From Thermoanaerobaculia bacterium (GTDB lineage Bacteria > Acidobacteriota > Thermoanaerobaculia > Multivoradales > Multivoraceae): a stretch of 64,000 bases of DNA. Positions 28,964-39,658 of the stretch are shown piece after piece. Location of the stretch: positions 2,496,001-2,560,000 of the forward strand of contig OY762911.1 of the NCBI GenBank assembly GCA_963666565.1, written 5' to 3'. The notes beneath the pieces are model-generated. The model saw nothing but the letters and a program-made list of their open reading frames with translations, had not been told where the DNA came from and ran no database searches. How positions within the stretch are numbered: position 1 is the stretch's first letter; every line of letters begins with the position of its first letter. A program made the translations under genes and the position numbers.

Positions 28964-29695
28964 TCAGCATCGGTTTGCCGCGAGCGGAACGCGCGGTCGC
29001 CACTTGACTGCTCCTCTGCCGTCGACGAAGACCTCGCCTCGGAAGCACTTCTCCCTGACGTAGGTCGCGAATCCTCCGTCCGCGATCGTACCGACGACCT
29101 CACCGTCCACGACGAGTTCGTGCACCTCCCGCCGCTGGAGCGCGGCGGTTTTCCGGGGAAGGAGGAGCCGGAACCCCGGGGGAGGTTCGGCCGGCATCTG
29201 TCCGACCTTGGCCAGTTCCGTCGTCGCGCGCCGCCAAGCGTCGCGGGCCGAGCTCGGATCGGTCGTCAGGTCCGCGGCCCTGGGAGCTTGGGATGGGGAG
29301 CCGGCGGGCCCGGCCTGCGTGTGCGGTTCCGCTGCCACGCTGTTTTCGGCACCGGGGCCTGACGGGTCAGCGACAGCAGAGTGAGCGGCTTCCGGGTCAG
29401 AGGTGTTTTGGACTTCGCCTGAGAGCCTGTCCGGTCCTTCGGCCATCTTGTAGACGGTCTGGCCCTCGGGAACCCCGACTCTCATTTCGTCCTCCAGGCG
29501 GTTCACAAGCGCCGGAGGCCATCCGTAGTAGCGCGCGGCTTCCCGCAGATCGACGAAACGGACCGCCGTGCGCTCGGCCTGCGCGAGCGTTACTGCCTTC
29601 AGGCGGCCTCGGCGAATCGCTGCTCTGACAGCGGCGACCGTTACTCCGGCCAGACGCGCCGTGAGCTTGATCGATAGAAGAACTTCGCCGGCCAT
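28964..29695 (-). CDS. Hypothetical protein with N-terminal excisionase/MerR-like HTH
   Basis: LSIKLTARLAGVTVAAVRAAIRRGRLKA, then a Pro/Ala linker and an unknown C-terminal domain. Confidence 0.6.
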   Translation of the reverse strand: MAGEVLLSIKLTARLAGVTVAAVRAAIRRGRLKAVTLAQAERTAVRFVDLREAARYYGWPPALVNRLEDEMRVGVPEGQTVYKMAEGPDRLSGEVQNTSDPEAAHSAVADPSGPGAENSVAAEPHTQAGPAGSPSQAPRAADLTTDPSSARDAWRRATTELAKVGQMPAEPPPGFRLLLPRKTAALQRREVHELVVDGEVVGTIADGGFATYVREKCFRGEVFVDGRGAVKWRPRVPLAANRC

Positions 29696-29878
29696 CGTCA
29701 GTGTCGCTCTTCGTCAGTGTGTGACGGAACGTAACGGTGTAGCGTAGCGTAACACGATCTGCTGCCGTGGGCTCCACCGGGACTGGTTGCCGGACGGCCG
29801 TGTCGCTACACTCCGCGCTGGCGAACTAGGCAACGGGCCTACGGCGTCCCACTTTGGAGAGACTGGCAGGGAGTTCAC

Positions 29879-30949
29879 ATGGAGGACATCAAGCTCTGGC
29901 AACTCGAAGGTTCTCGGGCCACTCCGCTCGCGTCGAACAACCGGCTGGAGTCCGAGCACCTCCTCGAGGAGACGCTGGTGGAGAACCCGGACCTTTTGAT
30001 CGACGGTCTGACTCTGGTGGGCAGGCAGACGCCAACCGAAGGCGGGCCGCTCGATCTGCTGGGCGTGGATCCGAACGGCAGGTTGGTCGTGTTCGAGCTG
30101 AAGCGCGGCACCCTCTCTCGGGACGCCGTCGCACAGGTGATCGACTACGCCTCACATCTCGACGACATGGACCTGGGAGATCTCGCGGCTCACATCGCGT
30201 CGGCGTCGGGCGCCCACGGTATCGACCGGATCGATGACTTCGAGGAATGGTACGGCCGGAAGTACCGCGAGGATTTGGAGTTGCTGAAGCCGCTGCGCCT
30301 CTTTCTCGTCGGGCTTGGCGTCGATGAGCGGACCGAACGTATGGTGAGGTTCCTCGCCGTCAACAGCGAGATGGAGATCTCCCTGTTGACATTTCACGGC
30401 TTCGACCAGGGCGGAAAGACGCTTCTGGCAAAGCAGGTCGAGGTGAGCGCAACGGAGGAAGCGCGCCCGACCAGACGACGAAGACACAGAACCAAGGCGG
30501 AGTACCAAGCGATACTTGACAGGAAGCTACGGGAATCGGAAGTCGCCGACTTGTTCGCCGAAGTTCTGACCGCGTGGGATGCTGTTTGGAGTTCCCCCGG
30601 AAAGGCGCCCGGGGTCTTCGGGCTCCGTCTCAGGCTGGGAAACCCGCGCACCGGGGGGTATGCCACTCTGGCCCGACTTGAGCCCTGGTCTCGGGAAGTC
30701 GCAATGGTCTTCTACTCCGAGGCGATCCGACTGTGTCGAGAGGAGTTCCGCCCGTTCGTGGAAGGCGACGACGCGATCCCCCACGAGACGTCGCCGATGA
30801 ACCAGGCGCCGGTGTCGGACCCGCAGCCGGAAATCAAGCTGAAGGTGTCTCGGGATGTTTGGAGCGCGCACCAGACGCGCCTGACCGCACTCCTGCAATC
30901 CGTCTACGAGGCCTGGCACGACCTTGAGGAAGACGACGATTCACCGTAG
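29879..30949 (+). CDS. NucS/EndoMS-like (DUF91) PD-(D/E)XK endonuclease domain protein
   Basis: LESEHLLEE..VGRQ..LDLLGVD..LVVFELKRG..AVAQVIDYA; GGAG ribosome-binding site. Confidence 0.8.
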   Translation: MEDIKLWQLEGSRATPLASNNRLESEHLLEETLVENPDLLIDGLTLVGRQTPTEGGPLDLLGVDPNGRLVVFELKRGTLSRDAVAQVIDYASHLDDMDLGDLAAHIASASGAHGIDRIDDFEEWYGRKYREDLELLKPLRLFLVGLGVDERTERMVRFLAVNSEMEISLLTFHGFDQGGKTLLAKQVEVSATEEARPTRRRRHRTKAEYQAILDRKLRESEVADLFAEVLTAWDAVWSSPGKAPGVFGLRLRLGNPRTGGYATLARLEPWSREVAMVFYSEAIRLCREEFRPFVEGDDAIPHETSPMNQAPVSDPQPEIKLKVSRDVWSAHQTRLTALLQSVYEAWHDLEEDDDSP

Positions 30950-30966
30950 GTGTTGGTGCCGACGCA

Positions 30967-32004
30967 TCAGCCGGGCAGCTTCATGCCGCCTCCTCGCAAC
31001 ACCTCGATGATCCCCTCTTTCTTCAGCAGCTCGCGAATCCTCTCGACATCGTGCTTTTCGATCCACCCCTGGAAGTGCTTCCAGCCTCGACTCCCCTCGA
31101 TGGGAATCTCGAGGTAGATATCCTTCGCGAGGCGTTGGTCCTTCTTGCTCAGGCCCAGTTCGGAGAAGTTGACGGATGGACGGCGACCCAGGAACGGATC
31201 CGACCTTAGCCAGGTCCTAAGTTCCCCGAGCATTCGCCGGTCCAGACGACCGAGATCAGCGATGAAGTCGTGGAGCATCTCCGGTTCCGGGCTCCAGCGA
31301 CTGGCGGGCGCGATCTCCTCCCAGGTCGCGTAGTCGTCCGGCTGCCTGGCCAGAATGAAGCCGACACCGGTACGTTGGGCTTCTCGTGCGATTCTCCCGA
31401 CGGTCGCGGCATCCGGGTCACCTCCTGACGCGGGGGGATGGCAGATCAGATAGGCGTGCGTGGCGTGCGTCCGGTGCGACAGGGCTTCGTAGAGCCCGGT
31501 GATGTCCAGAGACGGCTTGACTTCGAAGGTCACGACGTCCAGGAACTTCCCCGGCAGAAAGGGCAGAGTCCTTCCTCCGACAAGCGTGATGTCGGGTGCG
31601 TTCCAGCGACCTCTCTTCATGCCATGAGTGCCCAGAACTTCGCAGAAACGACTGGGCTCGATGAAGTCGTGAGGCCACTCGTCCGCCCATCGCGTCGCGA
31701 TCTCGGCTCTCATGTCGGGATAGAGACTGTGCTCGTTCGGGTAGTGGCGGAGGTTCCTCGACACCGAGCGGGATCCGCCTCGACCAGTGGAAACGAGCCC
31801 GCCGTCCCTGAGAAAGTCGATCCAGCGGGTAACACTGCTCTTGGCCACGTCTTCCAGTGCGGCCGAGATGCGAAGTTCGCTCGTGGCCCCGCCGTTCGGA
31901 GGAACGAGGCCGTAGACCTTGCGGAGAACCTGCTCGTCTTCAGATGAGAGCGTCTCGTGCTTCACGAGTTCGCCGTACGTCTTGTTCGCCTTGTCGGTGC
32001 CCAT
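30967..32004 (-). CDS. Putative wHTH / PD-(D/E)XK restriction-like nuclease / wHTH protein
   Basis: WNAPDITLV...TFEVK, GLYEALSH..ATHAYL, GVGFI; wing-like LVSTGRGGSRSV and IIEVLRGGG; GGAGG upstream of ATG 32004. Confidence 0.65.
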   Translation of the reverse strand: MGTDKANKTYGELVKHETLSSEDEQVLRKVYGLVPPNGGATSELRISAALEDVAKSSVTRWIDFLRDGGLVSTGRGGSRSVSRNLRHYPNEHSLYPDMRAEIATRWADEWPHDFIEPSRFCEVLGTHGMKRGRWNAPDITLVGGRTLPFLPGKFLDVVTFEVKPSLDITGLYEALSHRTHATHAYLICHPPASGGDPDAATVGRIAREAQRTGVGFILARQPDDYATWEEIAPASRWSPEPEMLHDFIADLGRLDRRMLGELRTWLRSDPFLGRRPSVNFSELGLSKKDQRLAKDIYLEIPIEGSRGWKHFQGWIEKHDVERIRELLKKEGIIEVLRGGGMKLPG

Positions 32005-32127
32005 GTCAGCCTGTACCTCCGCGTCTTGGTTGAATGTGGCGACGTTTTCTGTCGAGCGGGGAGGCTTCAGTTCGCCTGGGGCTGATTCCATCGTGCACCC
32101 AGCGAACAGGACGTCCGGCGCCGTCGG

Positions 32128-33261
32128 CTACAACACCTCGCCGATGTAGCGCTCCCGGGCCAGCCGCCAGAACACGACGAGGAACGCCGTCAGCGGGATC
32201 GCCAGGATCATGCCGGCGATGCCGTTGAGGGCCGAGCCCCAGAAGAACACCGCGACGATGATCGCCATCGGGTGGAGGCCCGTGCGGTCGCCCATGATCC
32301 GCGGCGTCAGCACGTAGGCCTCGATCGCCTGGACGAGCGCGAAGACGACGAGCACCCAGACGACGAGCTGGAGCCCGCCGCCTTCCTGCCAGTAGCCGAT
32401 CGGCAGGGCCACCGCCAGGCCGACGATGCTGCCCAGGTAGGGGATGATGTTCAGGAAGCCGAGCGCCAAGCCGAGAACGAGCCCGTAGCGCAGGCCGGCG
32501 ACGGAGAAGCCGACGGCGAACAGGGCGCCCTGGAGGAAGGCGATGACGAGCTGGCCGCGGAAGAAGGCGACCAGGATGTCGATGAACTCTTGGATCAGGT
32601 AGATCACGTCGGCCCGCGTCTTCGGCTTGAGGAAGGGAAAGACGTGGTCGAGCTTGCGGAAACGGTCCGGCTCGACGATCAGGAAGAAGCAGAGGTAGAC
32701 CGGCAGGACCGCCCAGGCGAAGAGCGAGGCGAGCCCGGCGCCGATGCTCTGGAAGACCTCCACCGCCGTGTCGCCGACCATGCCGACGCCGGGGATCAGA
32801 CTGGCCGGGTCGATCTCCTCGATCGCCTCGCGCAATCGAGCCGCCAGCGGGTTGGCCTCCAGGCGTTCCGTGAGCTCCGGCAGGCGCTCGGACGCCCAGG
32901 CCAGGAGGCGATCCCGTGCCTCCGGCAGGGCCTCGACGAGGCCGCCGATCTGCGACGCGGCCATGGCGCCGAAGAACCAGGCGAAGCCGGCGACCGGCAC
33001 GAGCAGCGAGAGCAGGACGACGGCCACCGCCAGGATCTTCGGGAACCGCAGCCGCTCGTTCAGAAGCCCGTAGTACGGCCGCAGCACGAACGCGAGCACC
33101 GCCGCCACCGCGAGCGGCAGGAACACGTTCGAGAACGCGGCGAAGAACGAGCCGATGGCCCAGAACAGGGCCACGACCGCGGCCAGGATGACGGCGGCCG
33201 CCGCGATCGTCGCCGCGGCGGCGACGGTGGCTCGCTGGCGTTCCGAGAGTTCGATCGGCAC
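32128..33261 (-). CDS. AI-2E family transporter (PerM-like)
   Basis: Multi-TM; FFRGQL, NIIPYLG, TPRIMGDRTGLHP, GMILAIP. Confidence 0.92.
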   Translation of the reverse strand: MPIELSERQRATVAAAATIAAAAVILAAVVALFWAIGSFFAAFSNVFLPLAVAAVLAFVLRPYYGLLNERLRFPKILAVAVVLLSLLVPVAGFAWFFGAMAASQIGGLVEALPEARDRLLAWASERLPELTERLEANPLAARLREAIEEIDPASLIPGVGMVGDTAVEVFQSIGAGLASLFAWAVLPVYLCFFLIVEPDRFRKLDHVFPFLKPKTRADVIYLIQEFIDILVAFFRGQLVIAFLQGALFAVGFSVAGLRYGLVLGLALGFLNIIPYLGSIVGLAVALPIGYWQEGGGLQLVVWVLVVFALVQAIEAYVLTPRIMGDRTGLHPMAIIVAVFFWGSALNGIAGMILAIPLTAFLVVFWRLARERYIGEVL

Positions 33262-33324
33262 CGGTGTCCGTTCCCTGACGGGACGCTACCACCGTTGGCG
33301 AGACCGTTCGCCGCCGGCGCTTCC

Positions 33325-33350
33325 GCTGGAGGCACGGGTCTTCCGACCCG
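33325..33350. repeat. Partial REP-like family A copy
   Basis: gctggaggcacgggtcttccgacccg. Confidence 0.55.
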
Positions 33351-33487
33351 GATACTGGCGGCAGCCGCGCCCTGTCGCCGCGAGGACGGCGCCGGCGGCG
33401 GCCCTCAGGATGCCTGGACGTCAAAGCATCTTGTCCGTTTCGCGACCCCTTGGGTGCTCCGGGACGCCGCTCCGTGTACTCCCCTGC

Positions 33488-34084
33488 ATGACCGTGACGT
33501 TGCTCGACCAGCCGCCGCGGACCCTGCCGCACGACCTGGGGCCGTATCGCCGTTGCGACTACATGACCCTGCCCGACGAACCGCGTTGCGAACTCCTCTA
33601 CGGGAGGTTCTACCTGAGTCCGAGCCCGCTCCCCGTTCATCAGGTCATCGTGGGTGAACTGTTCCGGCTCTTGGCCGATGTGGCGGATCGGACGGACGGC
33701 GTCGCCATGGTGGCGCCGATGGATGTCCACCTCGTCGATCACTCCGTGGTGCAGCCCGACGTGATGTTCATCTCGCGACGGCGCCGCGAGGTGATCGAGA
33801 CGTGGGTGGAGGGACCGCCGGACCTGCTGGTCGAGGTGCTTTCGCCCGGCACCGCCTCCCGCGACCGGGTCTACAAGCTGAACCTCTACCGCGAGCACGG
33901 GATCGGCGAGTACTGGGTAGTCGATCCGGGACGGCGGCGGATCGCGTTCCTCGTTCGCGAGGGCGATGAGTTCCTGGAGCGGGCTCCGGACGGCGCGATG
34001 TACCGGTCCGTCGCGGTTCCCGAGATCGAACTCGACATGGACGCGCTCTGGGCGGCCGTGGACCGGGTGTTCCGGAGGAGGTAG
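33488..34084 (+). CDS. Uma2 family endonuclease
   Basis: ELLYG..SPSP..HQ, VQPDV, PDLLVEVLSPGT, KLNLY..GIGEYWVVDP. Confidence 0.93.
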   Translation: MTVTLLDQPPRTLPHDLGPYRRCDYMTLPDEPRCELLYGRFYLSPSPLPVHQVIVGELFRLLADVADRTDGVAMVAPMDVHLVDHSVVQPDVMFISRRRREVIETWVEGPPDLLVEVLSPGTASRDRVYKLNLYREHGIGEYWVVDPGRRRIAFLVREGDEFLERAPDGAMYRSVAVPEIELDMDALWAAVDRVFRRR

Positions 34085-34139
34085 GCCACCACACCCCGGG
34101 CCCGTGCCTGCCGCACGTTCGGGTGGATACGATCGCGCC

Positions 34140-35414
34140 ATGGCTGCCAAGCGGCGATTCCGGACGGTCAAGGGCACGCGCGACCTGCTCCCGGTCGAGG
34201 CTTGCGCCTTCGCGCGAGTGGAGGAGGCGGCGCGCCGCGTGTTCTCGCTCTACGGCTACCGCGAGCTGCGCACGCCGATCGTCGAGGACACGGGCCTCTT
34301 CGTGCGCGGGGTCGGCGAAGGCAGCGAGATCGTCGGCAAGCAGATGTATACCTTCGACGACAAGAAGGGCCGCAGCCTGACGCTTCGCCCGGAAGGCACG
34401 GCGGCGGTGGCGCGGGCCTACCTGCAGCACGACATGGCGTCCTGGCCCCAGCCGGTCAAGGTCTTCTACATGGGTCCCTACTTCCGCTACGAGCGGCCGC
34501 AGGCGGGTCGCTACCGGCAGTTCAACCAGATCGGCGCCGAACTGATGGGTGATCCGGGGCCGTACGGCGACGCGGAGTTGCTCGTCATGCTCGTGCGCTT
34601 CCTTTCGGAACTCGGATTCGAAGACCTGACGGTCGGCCTCAACTCGGTCGGCGATCCGAGATGCAGGCAGCGCTACTCGGGGCGCCTGCGCGAGTTCCTC
34701 GAACCGCACCGCGACGAGTTGGGTGCCGACAGTCGGCGGCGTCTGGAAACCAACCCTCTTCGCATCCTGGACACGAAGGCGCCCGGGGAACGGCGACTGC
34801 TTGAAGATGCGCCGCGGCTGCGCGAGGTGCTCGGCGCCGCGGCTCGCGAGCACTTCGACGCCGTCTGCGCCCGGCTCGAAGCGCTTGGCGTCGCCTACCG
34901 GATCGACGACGGCCTGGTTCGAGGGCTCGACTACTACACGCGGACCGTGTTCGAGATCGCCTCGGATGCGCTCGGGGCGCAGAACGCGATTCTCGGCGGT
35001 GGCCGCTACGACGGACTGATCGGCGAACTCGGCGGCCCGAGCGTACCCGGAATCGGCTTCGCGATCGGCCAGGACCGGCTCGTCGACGTGCTGCCGGCCT
35101 CGTCTCCGGCGCGGTCCGGCGATTCGCCGCCGGTCGCCATTGTGGTGGTCGGCGAGGTCCTCCTGCAACAGGGTCTGGAACTCGCCGAGGAGCTGCGGGC
35201 GGCGGGCGTACCCGCGATCTGCGACCTGACGGCAGGCTCGCTGAAGGCTGGCCTGCGCAAAGCGAACCGCCGCGGCTGCCGCTGGATCGCGCTCTTCGGG
35301 CAGGACGAGGCCGCCTCCGGAAACGTGGTCCTGAAGGACTTCGAGAGCGGCGCCCAGGAGACCCTCCCCCGCGAGGGGTTCGCCGCCGCGGTTGCCGCGA
35401 GAGTTTCCGCCTGA
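34140..35414 (+). CDS. hisS: Histidine--tRNA ligase
   Basis: KGTRD, LRPEGTA, FRYERPQAGRYRQF, LVRGLDYY, GGGRYD. Confidence 0.98.
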   Translation: MAAKRRFRTVKGTRDLLPVEACAFARVEEAARRVFSLYGYRELRTPIVEDTGLFVRGVGEGSEIVGKQMYTFDDKKGRSLTLRPEGTAAVARAYLQHDMASWPQPVKVFYMGPYFRYERPQAGRYRQFNQIGAELMGDPGPYGDAELLVMLVRFLSELGFEDLTVGLNSVGDPRCRQRYSGRLREFLEPHRDELGADSRRRLETNPLRILDTKAPGERRLLEDAPRLREVLGAAAREHFDAVCARLEALGVAYRIDDGLVRGLDYYTRTVFEIASDALGAQNAILGGGRYDGLIGELGGPSVPGIGFAIGQDRLVDVLPASSPARSGDSPPVAIVVVGEVLLQQGLELAEELRAAGVPAICDLTAGSLKAGLRKANRRGCRWIALFGQDEAASGNVVLKDFESGAQETLPREGFAAAVAARVSA

Positions 35415-35542
35415 GTTGTGCGAGGATCGGCGGTTCGGGCCAGATGCGGCTCGCCGCGAAGGACTGCGAAACGCCGCGCAAGGACCGTGAGAGGCTGGAG
35501 AAGCCGGCAAAGGACCAAAGAGAAGCGCGAAGGACCGAGGGT

Positions 35543-37306
<1,764 letters not shown>

Positions 37307-37333
37307 GAACCCGGTCCGTCCCCTGAGAACGGC

Positions 37334-38500
37334 ATGATCGACTACGGATCGGACGGGCCGTACCGGTTCGGTCTGGAACACCCCGGCGGCGTCTGCGAGG
37401 CGGTGGTGGAGCGGGGGCTCCTTGGCGGGGACGACGGCGCCCTCGGCGCGGTCGGGGACTGGTGCCGCGGCCGGGTCGTCTTCCTGATCACGAGCGAGAT
37501 TCCGGACCGCCACTGCGGCGGCGCGGCGCGCAAGCTGCTCGCGCCCGCGGCCCGGGTGGAGACGATCGAGGTGCCCGACGGCGAGGCGGCGAAGACGGTC
37601 GACTGCGCCGCGTCCGTCTGGCACGAGATGCTGGAGCGCGGCGGCAAGCGGGACAGCCGCCTGGTCACGCTCGGCGGCGGCGCCGTGGGCGATCTCGGCG
37701 GCTACGTGGCCGCCAGCTTCCTGCGCGGCATCGACTACGTGCAGATTCCCACCACGCTGCTGGCGCAGGTGGACGCCTCCATCGGCGGCAAGACTGGCAT
37801 CGACCTGCCGGGCGGCAAGAACACGGTCGGCGCGTTCCACCATCCCGGCTTCGTGCTGGCCGACACGTCCTGTCTGCGGACCCTGCCCGTTGGCGAGCTG
37901 CGTGCGGGCCTGTTCGAGGTCGTCAAGATGGCGGCGCTGCTCGATCTCGAACTGCTGGAGCAGGTGGAGGAGTCGCTGGAGGCGTTGCTGGCCGGAGATG
38001 CGGTGTGGCTGACGGGCGTGGTCGCGGCCTCGGTCCGGGCCAAGATGCGCGTCGTGGCGGGCGACCTGGAGGAAGGGGACAGCCGGCGCCTGCTCAACTT
38101 CGGCCACACGCTGGGCCACGCGATCGAGGCGGAGTTCGGCTACCGGGGCCTGCGCCACGGCGACGCGGTGGGCCACGGCATGAGGTTCGCGCTGCGGCTT
38201 GCGCTCCGGCGCGGCCTCGACCGGCAGTTCGGCTCGGGGCTGCTGCGCCTGATCGATCGGATGGGGCCTCCCGGGCTGGCCGGCGTCGAGCGGAAGCTCG
38301 GCGTACGCCTCGACGCGGACCGGCTCGTCGCGGCCATGGGGCGCGACAAGAAGGCGCGCGAGAGCGGCCTGGCGTGGGTGCTGCCGGTGTCGCCGGGAAG
38401 GGGGGAGATCGTCACCGGTCTCGATCCGGCGCTGGTGCGGAGCGAACTCCAGGCGTTCCTGGACGAGTCCCGGGCACCACCGGCCAGGGGTACGCGGTGA
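37334..38500 (+). CDS. aroB: 3-dehydroquinate synthase
   Basis: LGGGAVGDL, PTTLLAQVDASIGGKT, LNFGHTLGHAIE, HGDAV, DKK. Confidence 0.96.
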   Translation: MIDYGSDGPYRFGLEHPGGVCEAVVERGLLGGDDGALGAVGDWCRGRVVFLITSEIPDRHCGGAARKLLAPAARVETIEVPDGEAAKTVDCAASVWHEMLERGGKRDSRLVTLGGGAVGDLGGYVAASFLRGIDYVQIPTTLLAQVDASIGGKTGIDLPGGKNTVGAFHHPGFVLADTSCLRTLPVGELRAGLFEVVKMAALLDLELLEQVEESLEALLAGDAVWLTGVVAASVRAKMRVVAGDLEEGDSRRLLNFGHTLGHAIEAEFGYRGLRHGDAVGHGMRFALRLALRRGLDRQFGSGLLRLIDRMGPPGLAGVERKLGVRLDADRLVAAMGRDKKARESGLAWVLPVSPGRGEIVTGLDPALVRSELQAFLDESRAPPARGTR

Positions 38501-38549
38501 ACCGGGGAAGTGGCTACGTCGGAGGCGCGGCGCCGCCCGGGGTTACGCG

Positions 38550-39524
38550 ATGAACGGGGGATCGGACGCCGGCACAGCGGCGCTCGCGGCGGACGCCGAA
38601 GCCCGATCCGGCCGCCTGTGGAAACGGCTGCGGCGGGGGCTCGGCCGCACCCGCAAGGGGCTCGTCGGCCGGATCGGCAAGGCGCTCGGTGGCGCCGCCC
38701 GGATCGACGAAGACGCGCTCGAGCGGCTCGAAGAGTCCCTGATCGAGTCGGACCTCGGCGTCGACACGACGCTCGAACTCGTCGAGCGGCTGCGCCGGGC
38801 CGGGGACTCGGGACGACTCGGCGCCGGCGGCGAGTTCGCGCTGCGCCAACTGCTGGTGGACGAGGTGGCGGTGCTGCTGCTCGACGCGCCGCCGGCGGCG
38901 CTGCCGGCGGCGCCGCGCATCACCCTGCTGGTCGGCGTCAACGGTTCGGGCAAGACGACCTCGGCCGCCAAGCTGGCGCGGGCATCCCTCGACCGGGGCG
39001 AGAAGGTCCTCTTCGCGGCCGGCGACACGTTTCGCGCCGCGGCCGCGGAGCAGCTAGAAGTGTGGGGCGAACGGCTGGGGATCGACGTCGTCCGCCGTCC
39101 GTCCGGCGGCGACCCGGCGGCGCTGGTCTTCGACGCCGTTCAGGCGGCGGGTGCGCGAGGCGCCGGTCACCTGATCGTCGACACGGCGGGCCGGCTGCAC
39201 ACCCGCGGTCAGTTGATGGACGAGCTGTCCAAGGTCCACCGTGTCGCCCGCCGGGCGGCCGGCGAGGCATGGAACGTTTTCACGCTCCTCGTGGTCGACG
39301 CCGGCAACGGCCACAACGCGCTGGTGCAGGCCCGCGAGTTCGGCGCGGCGGTCCCGCTCGACGCCGTCTTCCTCGCCAAGATCGACGGCACGGCGAAGGG
39401 GGGCATGGCGGTCGCGATCGCGCGCGACCTGCGCCTGCCGGTGGCCTGGCTGGGCGTCGGCGAGGCGGTCGAGGACATGGTCGACTTCGATCCGCGGTCC
39501 TTCGCGGCCGCCCTGTTCGGATGA
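38550..39524 (+). CDS. ftsY: Signal recognition particle receptor
   Basis: GVNGSGKTT, DTFRAAA, DTAGR, KIDGTAKGG. Confidence 0.97.
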   Translation: MNGGSDAGTAALAADAEARSGRLWKRLRRGLGRTRKGLVGRIGKALGGAARIDEDALERLEESLIESDLGVDTTLELVERLRRAGDSGRLGAGGEFALRQLLVDEVAVLLLDAPPAALPAAPRITLLVGVNGSGKTTSAAKLARASLDRGEKVLFAAGDTFRAAAAEQLEVWGERLGIDVVRRPSGGDPAALVFDAVQAAGARGAGHLIVDTAGRLHTRGQLMDELSKVHRVARRAAGEAWNVFTLLVVDAGNGHNALVQAREFGAAVPLDAVFLAKIDGTAKGGMAVAIARDLRLPVAWLGVGEAVEDMVDFDPRSFAAALFG

Positions 39525-39658
39525 ACCCGTTCGGACGGAGGACGACTCGGATGCGGCCGGCGCGGATGAGCCCGGTGGGGATGAGCCCCGTGCGGATGCG
39601 GCCGGCGCGAAGGTGGCCGGTGCGGATGAGCCCGGTTCGGACGGGGCCGTTCGGGTGA
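39521..39658 (+). repeat. 15-bp tandem repeat at the ftsY-ribD junction forming a 45-codon ORF
   Basis: cggatgagcccggtg-like units; ATGA overlap with the ftsY stop and GTGA overlap with the ribD start. Confidence 0.7.
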
